Positions 1 to 7,680 of a DNA stretch of 64,000 nt are shown piece by piece. Source of the stretch: a virus. The first letter of the stretch is position 1, and the number at the start of each line of letters is the position of its first letter. Location of the stretch: positions 32,001 to 96,000 of IMG/VR virus record IMGVR_UViG_3300023179_000029; one strand, given 5' to 3'. A program made the position numbers and the translations under genes. The notes under the pieces are model-generated. The model was not told the origin of the DNA and made no database searches. It saw only the letters and a list, made by a program, of their open reading frames with translations.

Positions 1-1
1 C

Positions 2-1642
2 CGTAAATATTGGCTTGATATTGTTGAAATCATTACATCGCGTATTTCAGGATATGGCGTTCACCCATCAGGAGTTGTTGTTGCCGATGTGCCTCTTAAC
101 GACGAGCTTCCATGCATGTGGAACCGTCAGCAGGAAGTACAGGTAACCTGTTTTCCAATGGCCGATGTTGATAAGCGCATGTTCGTCAAACAGGATCTTC
201 TTGGTCTTCGCAACCTTGATACATTGCAGGAATGGGAGAATGAATCGGGCAATATTATTGATTGGTCAAAGCTTGATGACGGCCCAACTGAAATGTGGGA
301 GATGCTTGATCAGGGATTGACTCTGGGCGTATTCCAAATTGAGAAGGGATACGCTAGGCAGCTTTGTAAGGAGTTCAAGCCGCGATCTATCGAAGACCTT
401 GGGATTATTGTTTCTTTGAACCGTCCGGGTCCAATTCGCTCCGGTGCGCCGCAGTCATTCATCAATCGTCGTAATGGTGTTGAAGCAGTAAGTTACGATC
501 ATCCAATTCTTGAGGATATCCTTGAGCCAACTTATGGATGGTTCTTGTATCAAGAGCAGGTTATTGCTTTCTTTAACAAGCTTGGCTATTCGCTTTCTGA
601 ATCCGATGCAGTTCGTAAGATCCTTGGTAAGAAGAAGCCCGAGCAGATGGTCGCACTTTACAACGGTGAGGGTGAATGGAAGGATCGCGGGTTTGTTCAG
701 GTGTGTCTTGAAAATTATATTGATCAAAGCACCCTTGACATCATTTGGAATAAGCTGGAGGATTTTGCTAAGTATTCATTCAATAAGTCACATGCTATTG
801 CATATGCCACGATTGCCTTCAGGACGCTTTACGCTAAGTACACTGCGCCCGCTGAATTCTTGATGGCCTGTATTCGAACAAATCCCGATGCCGCTGGCGA
901 GTATGTTGCCGAGGGTCGTAGAATGGGCATTAATGTTATGCCACCAGATATCCTTAAGTCGCAAAAGGATATCGCTGTCGTTGACAATCAAATCGTTTTT
1001 GGATTCTTCAACATCAAGGGAATCGGCAAGAATGCAGCAGAGCGGATTATTGAATTCAGAGAAAAGTATGACATTACATCGCCTGAAAAGTTGTCAGACG
1101 CTATTGATCAAGAGCAGGATCTTTGGGAGTGGGCCAAGCAGGATGCAAAGAAGAAAGGTGAGCCATATAATGTTCGCTCACCCCGACAGACAGTTACAGC
1201 AAACAGGATCCCTGCTTTGTACGACGCAGGCGCATGGGATAATTACGAAACCCGTGACATCTCTTTAAGCGAAAAGCAAAAGCTAGAGCGGCAGATGCTT
1301 GGCGTCATCCTTACCGATGAAACCAATCAGGTATTTGCAATCAATCAAGATATGGTTGACGAATGTGATGAGTATGTTGATCTGGAATACGGCGAAGATG
1401 GAATCATTGTTAAACTTCCGGGCGTCGTATCTAGTTGCGTTGAAAGGTACACAAAGAAGGATGGCAAAGCAATGGGTATCGTCAATATTGAATATCAAGG
1501 CGAGGCCGTAGAGTTTGTTGTTTTCCCGAAGGATTGGGATGCATATAAGTTTGTATGGAAGGAAATGACTCCGGGTATATTTAGCTTGACAAAAACAGAA
1601 AAAGGTGTTAAATTTAATGACGCCACGGTATTAAGGAAATAA
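2..1642 (+). CDS. dnaE: DNA polymerase III alpha subunit (C-terminal part; gene begins before the window)
   Basis: Frame is open from base 2 (..GYGVHPSGVVV..). DnaE motifs KQDLLGLRNL, GVFQIE, LNRPGP, YQEQV, FAKYSFNKSHAIAY, IKGIG and a C-terminal OB fold. Confidence 0.96.
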   Translation, partial: RKYWLDIVEIITSRISGYGVHPSGVVVADVPLNDELPCMWNRQQEVQVTCFPMADVDKRMFVKQDLLGLRNLDTLQEWENESGNIIDWSKLDDGPTEMWEMLDQGLTLGVFQIEKGYARQLCKEFKPRSIEDLGIIVSLNRPGPIRSGAPQSFINRRNGVEAVSYDHPILEDILEPTYGWFLYQEQVIAFFNKLGYSLSESDAVRKILGKKKPEQMVALYNGEGEWKDRGFVQVCLENYIDQSTLDIIWNKLEDFAKYSFNKSHAIAYATIAFRTLYAKYTAPAEFLMACIRTNPDAAGEYVAEGRRMGINVMPPDILKSQKDIAVVDNQIVFGFFNIKGIGKNAAERIIEFREKYDITSPEKLSDAIDQEQDLWEWAKQDAKKKGEPYNVRSPRQTVTANRIPALYDAGAWDNYETRDISLSEKQKLERQMLGVILTDETNQVFAINQDMVDECDEYVDLEYGEDGIIVKLPGVVSSCVERYTKKDGKAMGIVNIEYQGEAVEFVVFPKDWDAYKFVWKEMTPGIFSLTKTEKGVKFNDATVLRK

Positions 1643-2721
1643 TGACAGCAAACACTAAAAAAGCACAAGATTTAGCAGCAAAGTTTGAAAAAAAGTACGG
1701 ACACAAGGCCGGTTCTACAGGAGATGCAGAATGGCCACTTGATGTAATTCCAACCGGTTCACTCAGCCTTGATTATTCTCTTGGCACTGGCGGTTGGCCG
1801 ATGGGTCATTTGATTGAGGTATTTGGACCACCGGACATTGGTAAGTCATCAGTTATTGGGCTTAATGCAATTGCTAACGCTCAGGCAATGGGCAAGTTTT
1901 GCGCCATTGTTGCAGTAGAGCCGGGGTTTGATCCCGCATGGGCCGAGCGTCACGGTGTTAATACTTCCGATCTACTAGTCGTTCGCCCAAACAACGGCCA
2001 AGAAGCATTTAACATGCTTGCAGAGATCGTTTCAGGCGGAGCTAATTTTATTCTGTTTGACTCAGTTGGCGCATTGCTTCGTGAGTCAGAGGCAGAAATT
2101 GATGGCAAGCCCGCACAGGGCGGTCGTTCTGGTCTTATTACTTGGGGCGTACATAATGTTCTACAGCCAGCTTGGAAAAACAATGTTGGCATCATGTTCA
2201 TCAACCAAATTAGAGATAAGATGAATGCTCGTATGGCTGGAGTAGTTGATTCACCCGGAGGACACGCACTTAAGCACAGTTGCAGTATCCGAGTTCAGCT
2301 AAAGGCCGCTGAGTTTTATAGAGAAAAGTTAGAGAACAAGGATGAGGCCGAGGTTGGTCATAGGCTTAAGGCTACTATCCTTCGTAACAAGTTCAGCGAA
2401 GGCTCTCGCCGTACCGCAGAATTTGATTATTACAAGATGGACACATCAACCCGTAAGGTTGGCATTGACAAGGGTGCAGATGTTGTTGATGTTGCAACTA
2501 GGCTTGGCTGTATTGAAACGGCAGGAGCTTGGTACAGACATCCTTCTTTTCCCGGCGAAAAGAATCAGCTACAAGGCAAATCTTCAGTTGCAGAATTTGT
2601 AATTGAAAATCCAAAAGTGCAAGAAGCTTTACGCAAGGAAGTTCTTGAAGCAATGGTTAAAGACTCTGGGCCAATTACAAATGTAAAACCATCAATGGAG
2701 GCCATTGAAGATGGCTCGTAA
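1642..2721 (+). CDS. recA: RecA-family recombinase
   Basis: IPTGSLSLDYSLGTGGWP, Walker A GPPDIGKS, Walker B ILFDSV, FINQIR, PGGHALKH, AGAWY. Confidence 0.96.
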   Translation: MTANTKKAQDLAAKFEKKYGHKAGSTGDAEWPLDVIPTGSLSLDYSLGTGGWPMGHLIEVFGPPDIGKSSVIGLNAIANAQAMGKFCAIVAVEPGFDPAWAERHGVNTSDLLVVRPNNGQEAFNMLAEIVSGGANFILFDSVGALLRESEAEIDGKPAQGGRSGLITWGVHNVLQPAWKNNVGIMFINQIRDKMNARMAGVVDSPGGHALKHSCSIRVQLKAAEFYREKLENKDEAEVGHRLKATILRNKFSEGSRRTAEFDYYKMDTSTRKVGIDKGADVVDVATRLGCIETAGAWYRHPSFPGEKNQLQGKSSVAEFVIENPKVQEALRKEVLEAMVKDSGPITNVKPSMEAIEDGS

Positions 2722-3079
2722 AGGTACTAAGAAAGCTAGGTCAGTAGAGCATGAAAAATTCATTGCTAAATGTTATGAAGGCCGTAGATCCCCAAGTTCA
2801 GGCGCAGCGGATCACGATGCTGGCGATGTCAAGGTCGGCAATGCTAGAGTCGGCGGTATACTCTTTGAATGTAAGACTACTGGCGATGCTGAGAAACCTG
2901 CTAAGTCAACCTTAGTAACTAGAATGGAAAAGATTGCAGACGAGGCTTGGGCGTCAGGTTTAGAACCAGCTCTTGCACTTCGTTTTTATAAACCAGACTC
3001 ACGGCTGGCAGACAGTAAGGGATTTATTGATCTGGTAGTTCGCAGGGTCGCAGACGATACGGAATCATATGGCGATTAA
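2711..3079 (+). CDS. Hjc-like PD-(D/E)XK nuclease / Holliday junction resolvase
   Basis: E...GRRSPSSGA....GDV....LFECKTT pattern of small phage Hjc-like resolvases; ATG 2711 preferred to TTG 2705. Confidence 0.7.
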   Translation: MARKGTKKARSVEHEKFIAKCYEGRRSPSSGAADHDAGDVKVGNARVGGILFECKTTGDAEKPAKSTLVTRMEKIADEAWASGLEPALALRFYKPDSRLADSKGFIDLVVRRVADDTESYGD

Positions 3080-3812
3080 GTTAACAAAACATAGCATGGC
3101 CCGCAAGTTAGTTTCAAAGACAAAGCTTGCAGTACACATTGACCGAGCCATTGAGCAAACGGGCGACTTTGAATGGAACTACAAGTATGAACCTAAGAAG
3201 GGGGATAACGCATGGCACCCTTCTGGCGACTGCACACTTTCTGCTAGAGAACTATTTGATAAGGCATGTGGTAATACTGAAAGCGACCCAATTGGCGCTG
3301 GACTGAGGAAAACTTTCCAAGTCGGGCATTTTTGGCACGGATATCTTCAACACATTGTTGTTGAACTACTTGGTTATGCTGATTGGGACGCCATTGAGCG
3401 TTCTGGTCAAAAGGTTTGGGCAGAAGAGGATGGCAAGCCTAAAGCTTACAATTGGTGTCGTGGTTCTGCCGATATCGCTCCGGTCAAGATTCCCGGACAA
3501 GGTGAGTTCCTTGTCGATTTTAAGACAATGGGCAGTTTTGACTTCAAGCGTACAGAACTTCCAGCATGGTCCGCAGCAAAGTATGAATGCCAGATGAATA
3601 TTTATATGGACTTCTTTGATCTTGATCAAGCAATTATCGTTGCTATAAACAAGGACTCTCCCCACGAACTAAAAGAGTTTATTTTTGATCGTAACCAGCC
3701 ATTAATTGATACCATTTATGACAAATGGCACTATGTTAGTGATTGTCTGGAGAACGGCACGATTCCTGATGCAACAGAAGAGTGGGAGTTACCCATCAGA
3801 GGTTCTTTATGA
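3069..3812 (+). CDS. Cas4-like / RecB-family PD-(D/E)XK exonuclease
   Basis: HPS..C, GHFWH, GSADI, LVDFKT and QMNIYM (QxxxY) motifs. Confidence 0.8.
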   Translation: MAIKLTKHSMARKLVSKTKLAVHIDRAIEQTGDFEWNYKYEPKKGDNAWHPSGDCTLSARELFDKACGNTESDPIGAGLRKTFQVGHFWHGYLQHIVVELLGYADWDAIERSGQKVWAEEDGKPKAYNWCRGSADIAPVKIPGQGEFLVDFKTMGSFDFKRTELPAWSAAKYECQMNIYMDFFDLDQAIIVAINKDSPHELKEFIFDRNQPLIDTIYDKWHYVSDCLENGTIPDATEEWELPIRGSL

Positions 3813-4354
3813 GAGTTTTGGCATTTGACCCCGGCGCTGACCGCATGGGGTATGCCTTGCTTGAAACTGGGCCTAAAGAGGTTATGTCCGGCATGGACCT
3901 ATTGCCGGGATCAGGAATTAAGGGCGTTGAAAAACAGGAGGATGAAACTTATCAGGCACATCGTTTGAGGATTATTGCCTATTGGGCGCATGCTACAAAT
4001 GATTTTATAAAAGAATTTAAACCTGATATGATAGTAAATGAAATTGTGCCACCTACGGGCGGCAATGTAGGTAATGTCATCCACAGACAAAAAGCTATGG
4101 CTGCTATTACAGCGGTACAAGTAGTTGCCATTCAAAGTGGAATAGAAATCAAGCAAATTGCAGCATCAACAGTAAAAAAGAACATTGGTGGAAGTGGAAA
4201 GGCGACTAAAGTTGCCGTAAGAAACGGGGTAATTGAATTATTACCTTCAGTTGAGAGATTTAAACCAGAGTGGAAAAAAGTGTTCGATCATAGTGATGCG
4301 TTCGCAGTTGGCCTTACAGCGTTAGGATACAAAATTGAAAAGCGAACTAAGTGA
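3809..4354 (+). CDS. ruvC: RuvC-like Holliday junction resolvase
   Basis: VLAFDPG..RMGYA, PDMIVNE, VKKNIGGSGKATK, HSDAFAVG; ATG 3809 overlaps the upstream stop (ATGA). Confidence 0.88.
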   Translation: MRVLAFDPGADRMGYALLETGPKEVMSGMDLLPGSGIKGVEKQEDETYQAHRLRIIAYWAHATNDFIKEFKPDMIVNEIVPPTGGNVGNVIHRQKAMAAITAVQVVAIQSGIEIKQIAASTVKKNIGGSGKATKVAVRNGVIELLPSVERFKPEWKKVFDHSDAFAVGLTALGYKIEKRTK

Positions 4355-4715
4355 ACCGATCCCAAAGCATCGTGTTCTAAGAGAAGTGTATAGACATTAC
4401 TATACATTTAAAGAGTTATTTGCTCAAAATGGAACTCATACAATTGAACATTCATATTGGGCGCAAGACAAAGATGGAAATAAAACCAAAGAAACAATCA
4501 ACATTTCTCTATGGGATTTACATGACGCACTAGAAACGCTCTCTGCTAGAAAAAGAGAAGCTGTTTATTACAACGTCATTTTAGATAAGAAGCAGAAGGA
4601 CGTTGCAGAGATTATGGGTATTACTACTGTTTCTGTTGGTCAGTATGTTGAGCAAGCAATGATGCAGTTATCGGATCATTATTTTGCAGAGGAGAAGCTC
4701 AATGGCGTGGCATAA
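4335..4715 (+). CDS. Sigma-70 region-4-like HTH protein
   Basis: DLHDALETLSARKREAVYY...KKQKDVAEIMGITTVSVGQY matches sigma region 4; no region 2 visible; start uncertain. Confidence 0.75.
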   Translation: MKSELSEPIPKHRVLREVYRHYYTFKELFAQNGTHTIEHSYWAQDKDGNKTKETINISLWDLHDALETLSARKREAVYYNVILDKKQKDVAEIMGITTVSVGQYVEQAMMQLSDHYFAEEKLNGVA

Positions 4716-5178
4716 TCGATGGAATAATTATGAAGAAGGTCTTGAGTATGAAGAAGGACGCAAGTATACAAATACTCAATTAAACCAACTTGCAGATGAT
4801 TTTCTAAGAGAAGATGCAAAGAAGGAAATTTGCCGCGAGTGTGAAAAAGAAGGCAAGGAAACTGGTAATAAAAACCCCACCTCCCAAAAAATCAAAGACG
4901 AAGAGGGTAATGAACTCGTCATTGATTTTCCAGAGTTTGAATGCGAAAATGGACACAAGTGGTATCAGGGCGAGGGCAAGGTTAAAGGCATCAAGGGCGA
5001 AGATCCCATCCTGTTTGAAGAGCATCTGTATCAGCGCAAGAGAAGAGAGATTTACACTGCCATTGGTACGCCCGATCCTTCTATTGTCGCAGGCATCTAC
5101 AACCGAACGCATCCTGATGGTAGAAAAGTCAATAGCGATGCTCAGCGTAAAAAGAACGGGGCTTCATACTATCGCTAG
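4702..5178 (+). CDS. Hypothetical Zn-ribbon protein
   Basis: CREC...CENGH; ATG 4702 follows a GAGGAG RBS. Confidence 0.65.
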   Translation: MAWHNRWNNYEEGLEYEEGRKYTNTQLNQLADDFLREDAKKEICRECEKEGKETGNKNPTSQKIKDEEGNELVIDFPEFECENGHKWYQGEGKVKGIKGEDPILFEEHLYQRKRREIYTAIGTPDPSIVAGIYNRTHPDGRKVNSDAQRKKNGASYYR

Positions 5179-5180
5179 TA

Positions 5181-5194
5181 TGGTATAATGAATC
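5181..5194 (+). promoter_or_regulatory. Extended -10 promoter, probably giving a leaderless mRNA
   Basis: TGgTATAAT (5181-5189) lies 5 nt before ATG 5195; no Shine-Dalgarno. Confidence 0.65.
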
Positions 5195-5791
5195 ATGGCT
5201 AAATTCAATAAACCAGAATACGACAACAGTAACAAGATCGAAAAGGTCAAAGTCAAGACCCCGGTTCATCACAGGGATCCTAGGTGCAATGTTTGCTCTA
5301 GTGATTTTGCTAAAGCCATTGATCGCATGATTGCTCTTGGCACTAGTTATTCTGAAATCAGTAGAATTTTTGGTATTAATCGACAATCAATTGGTCGTCA
5401 TGCTAAAAATCATTTGAATTATGAAGAAGCCGCTATTCGTCAAATCATTGCCAAAGAAGCGGAAGAGGCACAGGCGGACATTGAAGAAGGTGTTCAAGGT
5501 GCCATCGCAAGGCGTGTTTATATCGATGTAGCTATCCAAAAAGGATTTGAAGCTCTTCTTAATGGCGATGTACCAGTTGAAGTCAAAGACGTTGCGACTC
5601 TGATACAATTGAAAGAGAAGATGGACAGCACCCATGATGGCGCTGCACTAGATGAAGTTAAGACTCAGTTTAATGCTTTTGTTCAAGCCATTAGAGAAGT
5701 TGCCCCTCCTGAGATGTGGGAAAAGATTTTAGGTCGCACCAAAGAATTGTTACAAACGCCCGGACTACCTTCAGCGGAGAGAGATAAGTGA
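5195..5791 (+). CDS. Zn/HTH DNA-binding protein (possible terminase small subunit or regulator)
   Basis: CNVC...GTSYSEISRIFGINRQSIGRHAKNH (HTH flanked by C2/H2 ligands), followed by a helical region. Confidence 0.55.
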   Translation: MAKFNKPEYDNSNKIEKVKVKTPVHHRDPRCNVCSSDFAKAIDRMIALGTSYSEISRIFGINRQSIGRHAKNHLNYEEAAIRQIIAKEAEEAQADIEEGVQGAIARRVYIDVAIQKGFEALLNGDVPVEVKDVATLIQLKEKMDSTHDGAALDEVKTQFNAFVQAIREVAPPEMWEKILGRTKELLQTPGLPSAERDK

Positions 5792-7680
5792 AATTATTAA
5801 CATCGGATCTTCTTCTTGAAATGGACGAGAAGGGAGCCGATTACATGAAGGATTTTGTAATCCTTGATCGCCATCCCGAATTTGTAGATCAATGGCTTGT
5901 CAATGCTTTTGACGAGTCATTTTTCTATGACGTTGAGAATTTCATTGGTCGATATCGCACAGTCTCAACTGCTCGTATTGATGAATTCACAGAGCTTTGT
6001 AAACAGCTTGGCAAAGAAATCGTTTGGACAGAGGACCCTACTCCAAATATTGATAAGCATTTATCATTGAACAATGTTCCAGAAGTTGCGATTGAATCTC
6101 CGTTTGAAAACACAATCAACGGATTTCTACCTTTTCAAGTTCAAGGATTCAATTTTCTTAAAGATCTTGATGGCGGAGTTATCGAATGGTCAACTGGTGC
6201 TGGCAAAACTATTTGCGCGTCGGCATTGATCAAATATCATTACGACAAGCACAATTTTGATCTTGCTCTGTTTGTCGCCAAGAGTCATAACAAGGTAAAC
6301 GTCCAGAGAAGCCTACAGACCCTAGTAGGAATTGATTCTGCGGTTATTACAGGGGATAAGACCAAACGTAAAAAACTTTACGCAGAGGCCGATTCTGACC
6401 GAGCCGTAATCATTCTTAACTACGAAAAATTCAGAACTGATACTGAGGACATCAAAAATCTTGTCGAAGGCAAGAAGGTGCTTGTCATTTGGGACGAAAT
6501 GCCCGTCAAACTTAAGAATCGTTCATCGCAAATGTATAAGGGGGTAGTTGAGTGCTTTTACACTACTCCGCCGCCACAAGTGTCTGCGGATAAAACTCGC
6601 GCCGAGCTTCGTCAGTACATGATGTCGGCCACGCCTATTGAGAATAACCCAGAGGATTTTTTCAATTGCGTTCGTCTTATTGACCCAAATATTTACGGGA
6701 CCGTCAAAGAATTTAGAAATGAGTACGTCAAGCGGTTTGATTACTTTGATCGCAATAAACCTGCTGAATGGCATAACCTTGACAAGATGGGGTTGAAAGC
6801 ATCTCATATTATTCATCAAGTAGATAAAACTCATCCCGATATTGCCAAGATGTTCCCGAGTGTTATTTCAGAAGTTTGTTACATCGATTGGGACGACAAA
6901 CAACGGTCACTTTATGAAAAAATTCGCAAAATTGTCAGAAAGGCGGATCCTGATGATATGAACATCCTTGCCGCAATTACCATTCTGCAAATGGTTTGTG
7001 ACCTTCCGAGTATGGTTACTAACTCTGCCGCCACATACGAAGCGTTTGAAGAGGCATTTGAATACGCCATCGAAAACGGAGGGGATCTGCCAGAGAAATC
7101 GGGATCTGAGATTGCAGCAAAGCTTTTGGCAGAAATTGGAGTTGACCAAATCACTAATGACGGTCACGCCAAGCTAGAAATGCTTCAATCATTGATTACA
7201 GATGTTCATGCCGATGAAAAGATTACGGTGTTTTCCGCATTCAATAATGGCCTTATGCCCGACCTTAGAAAGTACTTTGATGAGTGGGGCGTGTCGCATG
7301 TATATTATGGCGGCTCTTCTAAGCAACGTCAGGAGGCCGAGGACAAATTCAAATCCGATCCGAGTGTCAGAGTGTTCCTTTCTTCTGACGCAGGCTCAGA
7401 TTCGATTAATCTAGAAGTCGGCTCAGTGTGCATTCATTACGACATGCCATGGAAATGGTCTACCTACACTCAGCGAGAGAATCGCATTCACCGAGTAACA
7501 TCTGAATTTGAATCAGTCAAATTTTACACTTTGCTTATGGCTAATTCTGTTGAAGACAGAAAGCGCCAAGTTATTCTGGACAAAATGGGATATCACGATG
7601 CCATTTTTAATGGAGCTATTGCCGATCAGGCAATTAGTCAAAGAATGACTAAAAAAGATTTTATGTATATATTAGGTTAG
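5788..7680 (+). CDS. SNF2-family helicase/ATPase
   Basis: FLPFQ, STGAGKT, IWDEMP, SATPIEN, SDAGSDSINL, YDMPW, QRENRIHR. Confidence 0.9.
   Translation: MKLLTSDLLLEMDEKGADYMKDFVILDRHPEFVDQWLVNAFDESFFYDVENFIGRYRTVSTARIDEFTELCKQLGKEIVWTEDPTPNIDKHLSLNNVPEVAIESPFENTINGFLPFQVQGFNFLKDLDGGVIEWSTGAGKTICASALIKYHYDKHNFDLALFVAKSHNKVNVQRSLQTLVGIDSAVITGDKTKRKKLYAEADSDRAVIILNYEKFRTDTEDIKNLVEGKKVLVIWDEMPVKLKNRSSQMYKGVVECFYTTPPPQVSADKTRAELRQYMMSATPIENNPEDFFNCVRLIDPNIYGTVKEFRNEYVKRFDYFDRNKPAEWHNLDKMGLKASHIIHQVDKTHPDIAKMFPSVISEVCYIDWDDKQRSLYEKIRKIVRKADPDDMNILAAITILQMVCDLPSMVTNSAATYEAFEEAFEYAIENGGDLPEKSGSEIAAKLLAEIGVDQITNDGHAKLEMLQSLITDVHADEKITVFSAFNNGLMPDLRKYFDEWGVSHVYYGGSSKQRQEAEDKFKSDPSVRVFLSSDAGSDSINLEVGSVCIHYDMPWKWSTYTQRENRIHRVTSEFESVKFYTLLMANSVEDRKRQVILDKMGYHDAIFNGAIADQAISQRMTKKDFMYILG

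Noticed and set aside
3069-3812. CRISPR-Cas system suggested by the Cas4-like gene
   Set aside because: No repeat-spacer array or other cas genes; solo Cas4-like exonucleases are common in phage replication blocks.
2-7680. Inteins or introns in DnaE, RecA or SNF2
   Set aside because: Motif spacing is normal; no intein splice-junction or LAGLIDADG motifs seen.
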